This document shows, piece by piece, positions 19,815 through 32,670 of a stretch of 61,816 nt of DNA. Every line of letters starts with the position of its first letter. The stretch's first letter is position 1. The stretch is from a virus. Lineage: Duplodnaviria > Heunggongvirae > Uroviricota > Caudoviricetes. The notes below the pieces were generated by a model. That model had not been told where the DNA came from and ran no database searches. It was given only the letters and a program-made list of their open reading frames with translations. The position numbers and the translations under genes were made by a program. The DNA is taken from IMG/VR virus record IMGVR_UViG_2740892042_000003, one strand, 5' to 3'.

Positions 19815-20269
19815 ACAGAGTAACCGCGATTATCTCCGCTCTGGTTATCTGCATCATCGTCTGCCTGTCATTGGCTGTTAATCATTACCGTGATAACGCA
19901 ATCGCCTACAAAGAGCAGCGCGATAACAAGGCCAGTGAACTGGAGAAGGCGAACGCCACCATCGCTGACATGCGGAAGCGTCAACGTGATGTAGCAGAAC
20001 TCGACGCAAGATACACAAAGGAGCTTGCTGATGCTAACGCGACTATCGAAAGTCTCCGTGCTGATGTTTCTGCTGGGCGTAAGCGCCTGCAAGTCGCCGC
20101 CACCTGTGCAAAGTCAACGACCGGAGCCAGCGGCATGGGCGATGGAGAAAGCCCAGGACTTACAGCAGATGCTGAACTCAATTATTACCGTCTCCGAAGT
20201 GGAATCGACAAGATAACCGCGCAGGTTAACTACCTGCAGGAATACATCAGGACGCAATGCCTGAAATAA
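19811..20269 (+). CDS. rzpD: i-spanin Rz
   Basis: N-terminal TM helix and coiled coil; ATG at 19811. Confidence 0.85.
   Translation: MNRVTAIISALVICIIVCLSLAVNHYRDNAIAYKEQRDNKASELEKANATIADMRKRQRDVAELDARYTKELADANATIESLRADVSAGRKRLQVAATCAKSTTGASGMGDGESPGLTADAELNYYRLRSGIDKITAQVNYLQEYIRTQCLK
20025..20216 (+). CDS. rzoD: o-spanin Rz1 lipoprotein, nested in Rz in +1 frame
   Basis: 63 aa with lipobox LLGVSAC and Pro-rich region, embedded entirely within Rz. Confidence 0.75.
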   Translation: MLMLTRLSKVSVLMFLLGVSACKSPPPVQSQRPEPAAWAMEKAQDLQQMLNSIITVSEVESTR

Positions 20270-20470
20270 TTTTTTTGCAAATCACAAAGTCCATTTAATG
20301 AGCCTCGCGATGCGGGGCTTTTTGCAATAAATGCGTACCGCAACGCATGTTTTTTACACCGAACCTGCCCCTTTGGAATGGGCCTTTGAGGATACCAGTT
20401 AGTGCTGGCGAGCCTCGGTGGGCTGGTTTCCTGTGCGGCAAAGGTTCATTTCAAAGAGTAGGTACACGCT

Positions 20471-20968
20471 ATGAAATCATTAACCCTCTTCAATCAACCA
20501 ATTCGTATCGGTGAAGATGGCATGATCTGCCTCACTGATATGTGGAAAGCCAGTGGTAAAAGTGAATCTGAATCGCCTTACCACTACCTGCGAAACAAGC
20601 AGACCAAAGAGTTCTTAGCCGAGCTGGAGAAAAACCACGAATCTGTGGTTTTTACTGAGCGCGGTGTACACGGTGGAACATATGGCGGGAAGTTTGTTGC
20701 TTACGATTATGCGGCTTGGTTAAACCCCGGGTTCAAGTACGCGGCCTATAAAGTCCTCGATGACTACTTCACCGGAGAACTTCAGCATCGCAACAGCTTA
20801 AGTGCGCAGCTCAACATGAAATGTCATGAGTTTGACCAGAAGAAAGACATGGCGAGCTTCTGCGGACAAGGGCTGGCAGCATGGCGCTATACGAAGCCAG
20901 TGTTGGTCGCTGAGATTAACTCCCTGGCTAACCAGCTGCAGATTACGATCCCCGGGCTTCCGGGATGA
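20471..20968 (+). CDS. KilA-N domain protein
   Basis: ICLTDMWKASGK...GTYGGKFVAYDYAAWLNPGF pattern typical of KilA-N domains. Confidence 0.65.
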   Translation: MKSLTLFNQPIRIGEDGMICLTDMWKASGKSESESPYHYLRNKQTKEFLAELEKNHESVVFTERGVHGGTYGGKFVAYDYAAWLNPGFKYAAYKVLDDYFTGELQHRNSLSAQLNMKCHEFDQKKDMASFCGQGLAAWRYTKPVLVAEINSLANQLQITIPGLPG

Positions 20969-21246
20969 GTGATCGGGTTATTGAATGCGCCTCCAGAGCG
21001 GGGCGCGACTTCTCAGAGTTCATGAAAGGCGAGAAGGGCATGATGGAAGCATTGGCCTCGGTGGATGAGTTTGGCGAGCAGCTGCGCCTCAACGGCTGTG
21101 TCAATCATCACTTTGTTAGCTACATGATGCGGAACTCGATCATGCAGGCATTCATGGACATGGCAAAAGCCGAGAGGAAAGAAGAGCGCCGGCGTAAGCG
21201 AGCGGAAGCAAAAGCAAAAGCAAAAGCAAAAGCAAAAGTGAAGTAG
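20965..21246 (+). CDS. hypothetical protein with C-terminal (AK)n repeat
   Basis: 93 aa; C-terminus encoded by (gcaaaa)x5 at 21208-21237. Confidence 0.4.
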   Translation: MSDRVIECASRAGRDFSEFMKGEKGMMEALASVDEFGEQLRLNGCVNHHFVSYMMRNSIMQAFMDMAKAERKEERRRKRAEAKAKAKAKAKVK

Positions 21247-21834
21247 CCATTACAAAGCCCATTTACGGGTGGGCTTGATAATGAAACCGGAATTTATTCT
21301 GGGCCACCAGTTAACGGCAGTACCACGAAACAACCCAAGCCAGTAAGTGGGGAAATAACACCGGCAGCCACTGAAAGATGAACCTCCTGCCTTATGGCAA
21401 AAAAGATTCTTTGTGGTGGCGGACTGATGGAAAGACATCCTAATTTCAGCCAAACATTGAAGGAGTTGTTATGTCAGCAGAAGGTTTCAATAACCCATCA
21501 AAATTTCGGGATGAGTGGGATAGCAGCGTAAAGAGTAAGTGATGCCATCACAAAAGCCATTCCCTACAGAGTGGCTTTGATAATGGCTTATACCCTACAC
21601 GGGATAACTTAACTGATATCCCTTTTAAAGGATAAAGGTATTCAAGCCTGACACATCATGCGCTGTATCGTCGCCGTATTCCCGTATTAACAGAGACCGT
21701 AGCCCGACGGGGAATTCCTTCTGCGTGAGTGTGCGGGAATAATCAAAAACGATGCACACCGGGGTTACCGGGTACACATATTTCATCATGCCAGCGAGTC
21801 CGGTTCTGGCGCGGAAGAAACCGGACGTTATGAT

Positions 21835-22245
21835 TTAGTGCGGAAATATTTGTGTAGTGTTCTGAATGTTCTCAGTAAATAGTAATGAATTATCAAAGGT
21901 ATAGTAATACCTTTTGTTTTCGTGGATATTTGTAATCCATCTGAAAACCCCTGCTGTAGCAAGATTTTTCCTGTATTCGTAAAATGATAACTCTCCTGAT
22001 TTGAATCCTTTTAAGGTGGCTTCTATAAGGCATTTATTTTTTGAAAATCTTACATTTACAACCTTACCCTGTCCTTTTATTAAAACCGTATTATCGTTTT
22101 CAAGAACAAGATGAATATTCTCTGTGGCTAAATAGTAAATGTAATGTGAGACATTGTGACGTTTTAGTTCAGAATAAAACCAGTGATAGTTTAAATTATT
22201 TCGCACTTTATCGAATATTTGTTTAAAAATGGCAACCTGAGCCAT
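21835..22245 (-). CDS. DUF1398 family protein (YbcV-like)
   Basis: resembles DLP12 YbcV from [23 protein letters not shown]... Confidence 0.55.
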   Translation of the reverse strand: MAQVAIFKQIFDKVRNNLNYHWFYSELKRHNVSHYIYYLATENIHLVLENDNTVLIKGQGKVVNVRFSKNKCLIEATLKGFKSGELSFYEYRKNLATAGVFRWITNIHENKRYYYTFDNSLLFTENIQNTTQIFPH

Positions 22246-22302
22246 TGTAGTACCTTCCATGTGATATGATGGGGCGTAGTCTGCACGATTATCTAAATTG
22301 CT

Positions 22303-22536
22303 TCAATCTGGTCTGACCTGTTTTCTGAGCAATTCAGTAATGTCACTCTTTTCTTTGTTTGCTTCAGGCGAAACTCTTTTTTCTGAGCACAGTCTCCGGC
22401 GGCAGGCTTCAATGACCCAGGCTGAGAAATTCCCGGACCCTTTTTGAACAAGAGCGATGTTAATTTGTTCAATCATTTGGTTAGGAAAGCGGATGTTGCG
22501 GGTTGTTGTTCTGCGGGTTCTGTTCTTCGTTGACAT
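22303..22536 (-). CDS. small DNA-binding-like protein (YlcI/DUF3950-like)
   Basis: 77 aa Arg-rich N-terminus and RHH-like segment NIRFPNQMIEQINIALVQKGSGNFSAWVIEAC. Confidence 0.4.
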   Translation of the reverse strand: MSTKNRTRRTTTRNIRFPNQMIEQINIALVQKGSGNFSAWVIEACRRRLCSEKRVSPEANKEKSDITELLRKQVRPD

Positions 22537-22726
22537 GAGGTTGCCCTGTATTCAGTGTCGCTGATTTGTATTGTCTGAAGTTGTTTTTACGTTAAGTTGA
22601 TGCAGATCAATTAATACGATACCTGCGTCATAATTGATTATTTGACGTGGTTTGATGGCGTAGATGCACGTTGTGACATGTAGATGATAATTATTATCAT
22701 TTTGCGGGTCCTTTCCGGCGATCCGA

Positions 22727-22760
22727 CAGGTTACGGGGCGGAAGGCGCGCGGGTTTTCGC
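22727..22760. other. helper prophage cos site with divergent cosN
   Basis: flanks match lambda cosQ/cosN/cosB (cgggtcctttccggcgatccgacaggttacgggg ... cgcgggttttcgctatttatgaaaattttccgg) but central 12 nt read gggcggaaggcg instead of lambda gggcggcgacct. Confidence 0.6.
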
Positions 22761-22924
22761 TATTTATGAAAATTTTCCGGTTTAAGGCGTTTCCGTTCTT
22801 CTTCTCCGTAACTTAATGTTTTTATTTAAAACACCCCCTGAAAAGAAAGGAAACGACAGGTGCTGAAAACAGGCCTTTTGGCCTCTGTCGTTTCCTTTCT
22901 CTGTTTTTGTCCGTGGAATGAACA

Positions 22925-23444
22925 ATGGAAGTCAACAAAAAGCAGCTGGCTGACATTTTCGGTGCGAGTATCCGTACCATTCAGAACTGGCAGGAGCAGG
23001 GAATGCCCGTTCTGCGAGGCGGTGGAAAGGGTAATGAGGTGCTTTATGACTCTGCCGCCGTCATAAAATGGTATGCCGAAAGGGATGCTGAAATTGAGAA
23101 CGAAAAGCTGCGCCGGGAGGTTGAAGAATTACGGCTGGCCAGCGAGGCAGATCTTCACCCCGGAACACTTGAATTTGAGCGCCATCGCCTGACTCGTGCT
23201 CAGGCGACGGCGCAGGAACTGAAAAATGCCAAAGAATCGGCTGAAGTGGTGGAAACCGCATTCTGTACTTTCGTGCTGTCGCGTATAGCAAGGGAAATAT
23301 CCAGTATTCTCGACGGTATTCCTCTGTCGGTGCAGCGACGTTTTCCTGAGCTGGATAACCGGCATATTGATTTCCTGAAACGGGATATCATCAAAGCCAT
23401 GAACAAAGCAGCCGCGCTGGATGAACTGATACCGGGGTTGCTGA

Positions 23445-23470
<26 letters not shown>
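22925..23470 (+). CDS. Nu1: terminase small subunit Nu1
   Basis: 181 aa near-identical to lambda Nu1. Confidence 0.95.
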
Positions 23471-26451
<2,981 letters not shown>

Positions 26452-26528
26452 AACCCTTGCTGCGTCTGGAATGTCGTTTTCCATGCTTTTGATGACCGTT
26501 CATCACCCTTCCAGTTTTTCGCGGTTTT

Positions 26529-26581
26529 GTGTATTGCAATGTGTATTGCAAATTGGCGATCGGGATGGGTGTGTATTGCAA
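26529..26581 (+). repeat. integrase arm-type repeats (left end of island)
   Basis: gtgtattgcaa at 26529, 26541, 26571, directly upstream of island int. Confidence 0.55.
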
Positions 26582-26599
26582 ATCTCTTGAGGGCTTTTA

Positions 26600-27841
26600 A
26601 TGGCTATTGAAAACAAACTCAGTGACAAACTGTTAAAGAGTCTTGTCGGAAAACGGCAGGACAAACAAAAAACAATAGCGGATGGGCGCGGGTTGTCTGT
26701 GCGTGTAAGCATGGTTGGGGGGATCAGCTTTGTTTTTTACTATCGTCTTGGTGGCAGGGAATCCCCTCCGGTATGGCTTACACTTGGTCGCTATCCTGAC
26801 ATGTCTCTTGCAACGGCCAGGCGCATGCGTGATCAGTGCCGTGAATGGCTGGCTGAAAATCTGGACCCCCGCAGGCAAATAAAACTTGCTGCCGAAAAAA
26901 CTATGCAACCAGTGACCGTAAGGGATGCGCTGTTTTACTGGTACGACAATCACGCCACAACAGCCAGAAAAGAGCATGAATATTTAATAAAACGATTTGA
27001 AAAGCATATCTTCCCCTATATCGGTGATATGGCTATAGAACAGTGCAAATTACACACATGGCTTACCGTCTTTGACAGGATCAAAAAAAATGCGCCTGTT
27101 ATGTCTGGTGCAATTTTTCTTGATATCAAACAGGCGTTGCGTTTTTGTCGCGTCAGGCAATACATCGCGTGCGATCCCTTTGGAGATATTAACGTAAGTT
27201 ATGTCGGGCGCTCATCCGGTATAAGGGATCGCGTTCTTAATATCAATGAAACCGCTGATGTATGGTCTTATGCTTACGGTAATAATTTGCTAACTCTGTC
27301 ATCAATATATAACCGAAGAATAATGGTTATCTGCCTGGTGTTTGGTTGCCGACAGCAGGAGGCGAGGCTATCCACCTGGGACGAATGGGATTTAAAAAAC
27401 TGGGTATGGACAGTCCCAAAAGAGCACAGCAAAAACAAGGAGGCTATAGTAAGGCCTGTTCCTGACGGAATAAAACAATGGATCGTTAATCTTTACGCAG
27501 AAACAAAAAATCGCGGTTATGTTGTCGGTTGTGCTTTGCAAAGGGCGACAATAACAGGGGCTGCAAACAGAATATGCAGGCGTCTTGGTCATGATACTAA
27601 TGGCTTGTGGTGCATACATGATTTCAGGCGCACATTTTCCACTACGCTTAATGATATGGGGGCGGATCCTTATATTGTCGAACTTCTTTTAGGTCATAAA
27701 GTGAAAGGGGTTGCTGGTGTTTACAATAAAAGCAGGCATATAAAGAAAAAACTTGAGGTGCTTAATATGTGGGTTAATTACCTTAATACGATAGCAGGAT
27801 TTAACAACAACGTTATCGAGCTTAATAAAGAGGTGGTGTGA
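26600..27841 (+). CDS. tyrosine integrase (P4/PICI-type)
   Basis: 413 aa; C-terminal HDFRRTFSTTL...LLGHK...GVAGVY catalytic region. Confidence 0.9.
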   Translation: MAIENKLSDKLLKSLVGKRQDKQKTIADGRGLSVRVSMVGGISFVFYYRLGGRESPPVWLTLGRYPDMSLATARRMRDQCREWLAENLDPRRQIKLAAEKTMQPVTVRDALFYWYDNHATTARKEHEYLIKRFEKHIFPYIGDMAIEQCKLHTWLTVFDRIKKNAPVMSGAIFLDIKQALRFCRVRQYIACDPFGDINVSYVGRSSGIRDRVLNINETADVWSYAYGNNLLTLSSIYNRRIMVICLVFGCRQQEARLSTWDEWDLKNWVWTVPKEHSKNKEAIVRPVPDGIKQWIVNLYAETKNRGYVVGCALQRATITGAANRICRRLGHDTNGLWCIHDFRRTFSTTLNDMGADPYIVELLLGHKVKGVAGVYNKSRHIKKKLEVLNMWVNYLNTIAGFNNNVIELNKEVV

Positions 27842-27842
27842 T

Positions 27843-28100
27843 ATGGCAATTTATTCTCTTGTTGATGAAAACGATTTGCGCACAATGAAGGACATTGATC
27901 GGTTCATTCGTGAAAAAGAGTGCATAGCACTTACCACGCTGGCAAACTCAACACGCTGGAAAATGGAGCAGGCAGGTAAATTCCCGCGACGTATCAAGAT
28001 CGGTGAACGTGCTGCAGGGTATCGACTTTCAGAGGTTCAGGCATGGATCCGTGGTGAGTGGCATCCTGGATGGAAACCTGGAAAAACAAAACAGCAATAA
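27843..28100 (+). CDS. AlpA-family regulator/excisionase
   Basis: 85 aa; directly after int; AlpA-like HTH region. Confidence 0.7.
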   Translation: MAIYSLVDENDLRTMKDIDRFIREKECIALTTLANSTRWKMEQAGKFPRRIKIGERAAGYRLSEVQAWIRGEWHPGWKPGKTKQQ

Positions 28101-28156
28101 CCAGTAAATAATGCCCCTCATCACGAGGGGTTTTTTGTCTATAAGGTAAAAACGCG

Positions 28157-28735
28157 ATGAATAAAAATATTGCCGTGACGGGCAAGGGGTACGCTCGTCC
28201 AGTGAAAAAATTCTGCGATATTCGTGATCTCGTCGTTCTGCGCTTTGATAGTGTGAACGTTCGTGTGGTGTATCTGAACGGCGATCCGTGGTTTGTTGCA
28301 AAAGATGTTTGTGCTGCGCTGGAACTAACCAATTCGCGTACGGCGTTGCAGATGCTTGATGATGATGAAAAGGGAGTAAATTTAACTTACACCCCAGGAG
28401 GAAATCAGAATATGAGAATTATCTCTGAGTCAGGTTTCTACAAACTAATAGCCCGCAGCCGCAAAGCAACGACGCCTGGCACATTTGCTCATCGTTTCAG
28501 TAACTGGGTATTCAGAAATGTGATACCAGGTATCAGAAAAACGGGGACTTATGGTATCCCGTGGGGTGCATTACAGGATTTTTCCCGCCGTAAAGAGCAA
28601 TATCAAATAAGTGCCAGCGAGAAGGGGAGGGAGCTACAGGCATGTAAGCGCAAAAAGCGTGAGCTGGAGGAAGAAGAAAAAACGCTGATACGTGAATATC
28701 AGCCTGAGTTTTACTTTGGTAACCGCATTCAGTGA
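28157..28735 (+). CDS. Bro-N domain antirepressor-like protein
   Basis: VVYLNGDPWFVAKDVCAALEL... Bro-N signature. Confidence 0.7.
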   Translation: MNKNIAVTGKGYARPVKKFCDIRDLVVLRFDSVNVRVVYLNGDPWFVAKDVCAALELTNSRTALQMLDDDEKGVNLTYTPGGNQNMRIISESGFYKLIARSRKATTPGTFAHRFSNWVFRNVIPGIRKTGTYGIPWGALQDFSRRKEQYQISASEKGRELQACKRKKRELEEEEKTLIREYQPEFYFGNRIQ

Positions 28736-29068
28736 CAAAACAAAGGCGACCGCAAAAGGGTCGCCAGTGGGAACAAGGGAAAACAAAAGCATCACCAACA
28801 ATGCCACATTTGCGGCTGGTGGGCAATGTGATCAGTCAGATTTGGTTCGTTCCAAGGTTTGCAACGAGAGCTTTTTCCTGTGCTCTTTAAGGAATTTCTC
28901 AAGAGCAAACGAACAAGGTGCGAATCTTTCTGATTCATGTTCATGCGCTATATTTTTGCGTCGCCTCTTACGAGTTGGTGATGGTGTTTTGGTTGATTCT
29001 GTGTCGCTCATGGTGCTGTCCTGTAAAGCAATGCGCCTGCGTTCCTCAAACTATGGCGCTGATATTGG

Positions 29069-29374
29069 CTATTCATGCTCTTTGACCTTGCGTCGCTGGA
29101 GTTCTTCACGCGCGACGGTGACGAGTTGCCCGATCTCCTCGGCTGCTTTGATGCCGATTTGTTCGACCTTAGCCAGGGCATCCAGTGACGACACAAGGGG
29201 ATTTTCTCCGCTGCCTTCTGCTTGGCGGCGGGCTATTTCTCCGCGCATGGCGGTTACGATAAATCCGGCATTGCTTTCACCGTCCAGCTTAACGGATTCC
29301 ATCCCTTGCATAACATCTAGTGGGACTCTGACAGTTGTCAGTTGTGATTTTGCGTTTTTGTTAGCCGTTGCCAT
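29069..29374 (-). CDS. putative ribbon-helix-helix repressor
   Basis: 101 aa; N-terminal QLTTVRVPLDVMQGME beta-strand/helix pattern; divergent from promoter/operator at 29436-29473. Confidence 0.45.
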   Translation of the reverse strand: MATANKNAKSQLTTVRVPLDVMQGMESVKLDGESNAGFIVTAMRGEIARRQAEGSGENPLVSSLDALAKVEQIGIKAAEEIGQLVTVAREELQRRKVKEHE

Positions 29375-29435
29375 TTCTGAAACTCCTAATCATCGGTGTG
29401 TTTCAGTATACACAAAAAAAGAAATACAAAAAGCC

Positions 29436-29473
29436 TTGACGTGTGTTTCATGCGCTCATAACATGAAACACAC
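29436..29473 (+). promoter_or_regulatory. sigma70-like promoter overlapped by a 12-bp perfect inverted-repeat operator
   Basis: ttgacg-17 nt-taacat; inverted repeat gtgtgtttcatg (29441-29452) / catgaaacacac (29462-29473). Confidence 0.5.
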
Positions 29474-29564
29474 CGAAAGGATTGTTGAAATACAAAGAGC
29501 AACGCCCCGCAGTGCTGGGAACACATACGGGGCGTCTAACCAACAACGTAAACTAGGAGCCGTT

Positions 29565-29762
29565 ATGGTTGCTGTAAATCATATACCACACCTTGTACAC
29601 ACACAAACGGCCTTTGTGTGGCGTTTTCTGGCACTGAGTGCCGGAGAATCTCAAATCATCCACGTAACCGCCTGGACGGAACGCGAAGCGCGTAGCCGTT
29701 GCCCGTCCGGTTGTGTTGCTGTATTCGCTGCAAAAATCCGCCAGGGAGTGAGTCATGCTTAA
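29565..29762 (+). CDS. small Icd-like protein (host cell-division inhibitor family)
   Basis: 65 aa MVAVNHIPHLVHTQTAFVWRF..., AGGAG RBS; pattern of P4-type Icd-like proteins. Confidence 0.5.
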   Translation: MVAVNHIPHLVHTQTAFVWRFLALSAGESQIIHVTAWTEREARSRCPSGCVAVFAAKIRQGVSHA

Positions 29763-29940
29763 AACCTTCCGTGTATTTGCCCGAGCTGTTAACCCAATAG
29801 GCCACACAATTGGTATCGCTCAGAATGTGAAGGCTGTTAATGTTCAGACGGCTATTGCTGCGGTGAGAAGCGAATCATCAGAATATGGCTTATCACAAGT
29901 CATTATTTCAGCAGTGTATGAATTAAAAGAGGTGCATTAA
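29755..29940 (+). CDS. hypothetical protein
   Basis: 61-aa ORF in island early operon. Confidence 0.3.
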   Translation: MLKTFRVFARAVNPIGHTIGIAQNVKAVNVQTAIAAVRSESSEYGLSQVIISAVYELKEVH

Positions 29941-30131
29941 TGCAGGAAATTACATTACACGAAGCCGCTGAACGTGCGCACCAGACAGAAATTATTTGCC
30001 GCCTTCTTGAGGTATACCCGAACAAAATTACAGATGCTGATATATCCGCACTGGCGAGCCTACTGGCGCGTCTTTCGGGAAGTGTCGCTAGTTTTTTGAT
30101 TGAGGAAGAAAGTAAGCTGGTGGGGGATTAA
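29940..30131 (+). CDS. hypothetical protein
   Basis: 63-aa ORF, tightly packed in operon. Confidence 0.3.
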   Translation: MQEITLHEAAERAHQTEIICRLLEVYPNKITDADISALASLLARLSGSVASFLIEEESKLVGD

Positions 30132-30353
30132 ATGAATACAGAACGGGAAGTCTTTTTTAAATTGTTAGCATGTGCAGAAAGTTCATTAACTTTAAATAAT
30201 TCAGCAAAAGCAATATTAAATATGTGGCTTGATTGCATAAATGACAATGAAGATGCAAATATTGCTTATGGCCTGTTGTCACTTATTGATGAATCAGCAG
30301 AAAAACTCAATGACGCAATAAATAGTGCCCTGCTATCAAATAAGTCGAGTTAA
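30132..30353 (+). CDS. hypothetical protein
   Basis: 73-aa ORF, AT-rich codon usage unlike neighbours. Confidence 0.3.
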   Translation: MNTEREVFFKLLACAESSLTLNNSAKAILNMWLDCINDNEDANIAYGLLSLIDESAEKLNDAINSALLSNKSS

Positions 30354-30370
30354 GTCGAGGAATAAATAAT

Positions 30371-30670
30371 ATGGAAATGAAAAATTCTGGCTTTATTGCT
30401 AGCGGCCCCGCTCGACCTGAATTTATGAACGGCGATATTTACCGCGATAAATACGGCGGCACGGTAACGATTAAAGGCGTGGCAGAACGGCGCATCACTT
30501 ACCGCCGTGAGGGGTATAGCTATGACTGCGTGATGCCTGTTTATCAGTTCCGGCGTGATTTTTCCCTGGTATATGCCGCACCCCGCAGTAAGCCCATCAG
30601 CAGGGAAAAAGCGTGGGGAAATATCCAGAAAATGAAAACCATGATTAACGGATTCAGAGGTAAAAAATGA
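30371..30670 (+). CDS. hypothetical protein
   Basis: 99-aa ORF overlapping primase start. Confidence 0.4.
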   Translation: MEMKNSGFIASGPARPEFMNGDIYRDKYGGTVTIKGVAERRITYRREGYSYDCVMPVYQFRRDFSLVYAAPRSKPISREKAWGNIQKMKTMINGFRGKK

Positions 30671-32418
30671 AACTGGCACCGAACTTAAAAAAACAGCCAC
30701 GCGACAGACTGACAGAGATAATCATCTTTGCAGGTAGTGATGCGTGGAGCCATGCGAAAGAGTGGCAGGAATGGGCGGGTAAACATATTGCCGCCGACGA
30801 TGTGCCGCCTGTCGTGTTGGCTGATGAGCAACTGAAAAACATCACCGATTACCGGATCATTGATGAAGATCGTCAGTGTGTGCGTGTTTACCGCGCAGGA
30901 CATATCACAGAGCACAGCATGACGCAGATTGTTACGTTACTGGCTGTGGCTGGAGTGAAGACCGTACACGAATACGCGGGGATTACTGACACCAGCCCAG
31001 TGGATTTATCCGACCAGTTGCCGCGACTCAAAGAGGAATGCGAGCGTGGGGAAAGCCTGGTGCTTAATCTTCCGACGAAGCAAAAGGCGCAACTTTCACA
31101 GATGGCAGACAGTGAGCGCGCGCAGCTGCTTGCCGAGCGCTTTGATGGCGTTTGTGTGCATCCGGAAAGTGAAATCGTTCACGTATGGCGCGGCGGGGTA
31201 TGGTGTCCGATCAGCACAATGGAGCTGAGCCGCGAAATGGTGGCGATCTATTCAGAGCACAGGGCCACTTTCAGCAAACGCGTGATCAATAACGCCGTTG
31301 AAGCGTTAAAAGTTATTGCCGAACCAATGGGCGAGCCGTCCGGCGATTTGCTGCCGTTCGCCAATGGTGCGCTTGACCTGAAAACGGGGGAATTTTCCCC
31401 GCACACGCCGGAGAACTGGATCACCACGCACAACGGCATTGAGTACACGCCACCAGCACCAGGGGAGAACATCCGCGATAACGCGCCAAACTTTCATAAA
31501 TGGCTTGAGCACGCAGCCGGAAAAGACCCGCGCAAGATGATGCGTATATGTGCCGCGCTGTACATGATTATGGCGAACCGGTACGACTGGCAGATGTTCA
31601 TTGAGGCCACCGGAGACGGGGGAAGCGGTAAGAGTACATTTACCCATATTGCCACCCTGCTTGCTGGCAAACAGAACACCGTAAGCGCAGAGATGACATC
31701 ACTCGATGATGCAGGAGGGCGCGCGCAGGTTGTCGGGAGTCGTCTTATCGTCCTTGCCGATCAGCCGAAATATACGGGGGAAGGCACGGGCATCAAGAAA
31801 ATCACGGGAGGCGATCCCGTTGAAATCAACCCGAAATATGAGAAGCGATTCACGACGATAATAAGGGCGGTGGTACTGGCAACCAATAACGACCCGATGA
31901 TCTTTACCGAACGGGCCGGAGGTGTGTCACGCCGTCGGGTGATTTTCCGGTTCGACAACATTGTAAGGGAGGACGAAAAAGACAAGGAATTACCGGAAAA
32001 GATAGCGGCAGAAATCCCCGTAATTATCCGCCGCTTGCTGGCTAATTTTGCTGACCCTGAAAAGGCACGGGCTTTATTACTGGAACAGCGTGACGGTGAT
32101 GAAGCTCTGGCAATAAAGCAGCAAACGGATCCGGTTGTTGAGCTTTGCGCGGCGCTGGAGTTTCTGGAGGAAGCTCGTGGGCTAATGATGGGCGGTGGTG
32201 GTGACACCGTGAAGTACACGACCAGAAACAGCCTTTACCGTGTCTATATGGCCTTCATGGCATATACAGGAAAGGGGAAATGTTTGAGCGTGAATGAGTT
32301 CGGAAAGGCTATGAGGTCAGCGGCGAAAGTTTACGGATATGAATATATTACGCGAAAAGTTAAGGGAGTCACGCAGACCAACGCAACGACTACTGATGAT
32401 TGCGATGCGTTTTTATAA
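30667..32418 (+). CDS. primase-helicase (P4 alpha/PICI Pri-Rep-like)
   Basis: 583 aa; Walker A GDGGSGKST and D5/P4-type helicase region. Confidence 0.85.
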   Translation: MKLAPNLKKQPRDRLTEIIIFAGSDAWSHAKEWQEWAGKHIAADDVPPVVLADEQLKNITDYRIIDEDRQCVRVYRAGHITEHSMTQIVTLLAVAGVKTVHEYAGITDTSPVDLSDQLPRLKEECERGESLVLNLPTKQKAQLSQMADSERAQLLAERFDGVCVHPESEIVHVWRGGVWCPISTMELSREMVAIYSEHRATFSKRVINNAVEALKVIAEPMGEPSGDLLPFANGALDLKTGEFSPHTPENWITTHNGIEYTPPAPGENIRDNAPNFHKWLEHAAGKDPRKMMRICAALYMIMANRYDWQMFIEATGDGGSGKSTFTHIATLLAGKQNTVSAEMTSLDDAGGRAQVVGSRLIVLADQPKYTGEGTGIKKITGGDPVEINPKYEKRFTTIIRAVVLATNNDPMIFTERAGGVSRRRVIFRFDNIVREDEKDKELPEKIAAEIPVIIRRLLANFADPEKARALLLEQRDGDEALAIKQQTDPVVELCAALEFLEEARGLMMGGGGDTVKYTTRNSLYRVYMAFMAYTGKGKCLSVNEFGKAMRSAAKVYGYEYITRKVKGVTQTNATTTDDCDAFL

Positions 32419-32434
32419 AAAATGGCAATGGTTA

Positions 32435-32670
32435 TCTACCTTGTCTACCTGACTGAAATAAAATACTTTTATTTCAATGTATTAATGCAGGTAGATAACT
32501 ATTTTTCACTGTCTACCTGTTATCTACCTTATCTACCCATTTTTGTAGACAGGTAAGGAGACGGGTAGAGATGAGGTAGACAGCTATTTGGGGCTGTCTA
32601 CCTCCCTGAAACCCGCGCCATTACTGGCCTGATAACTAATCAAGTAGACAAGGTAGACAAGGTGGTGGTG
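32435..32670. repeat. island replication origin iterons
   Basis: more than 12 copies of gtctacc / ggtagac in both orientations immediately 3' of the primase gene. Confidence 0.65.

Noticed and set aside
21250-21453. 67-aa minus-strand ORF as a possible bor homolog
   Set aside because: No lipobox or similarity to Bor; Trp/Arg-rich composition suggests a chance ORF
28692-29762. 356-aa plus-strand ORF spanning the island Bro-to-Icd interval
   Set aside because: Runs antisense through the RHH repressor gene and the promoter/operator region and is low-complexity Ser/Cys/Arg-rich; only its last 65 codons (29565-29762, with its own RBS) look like a real gene
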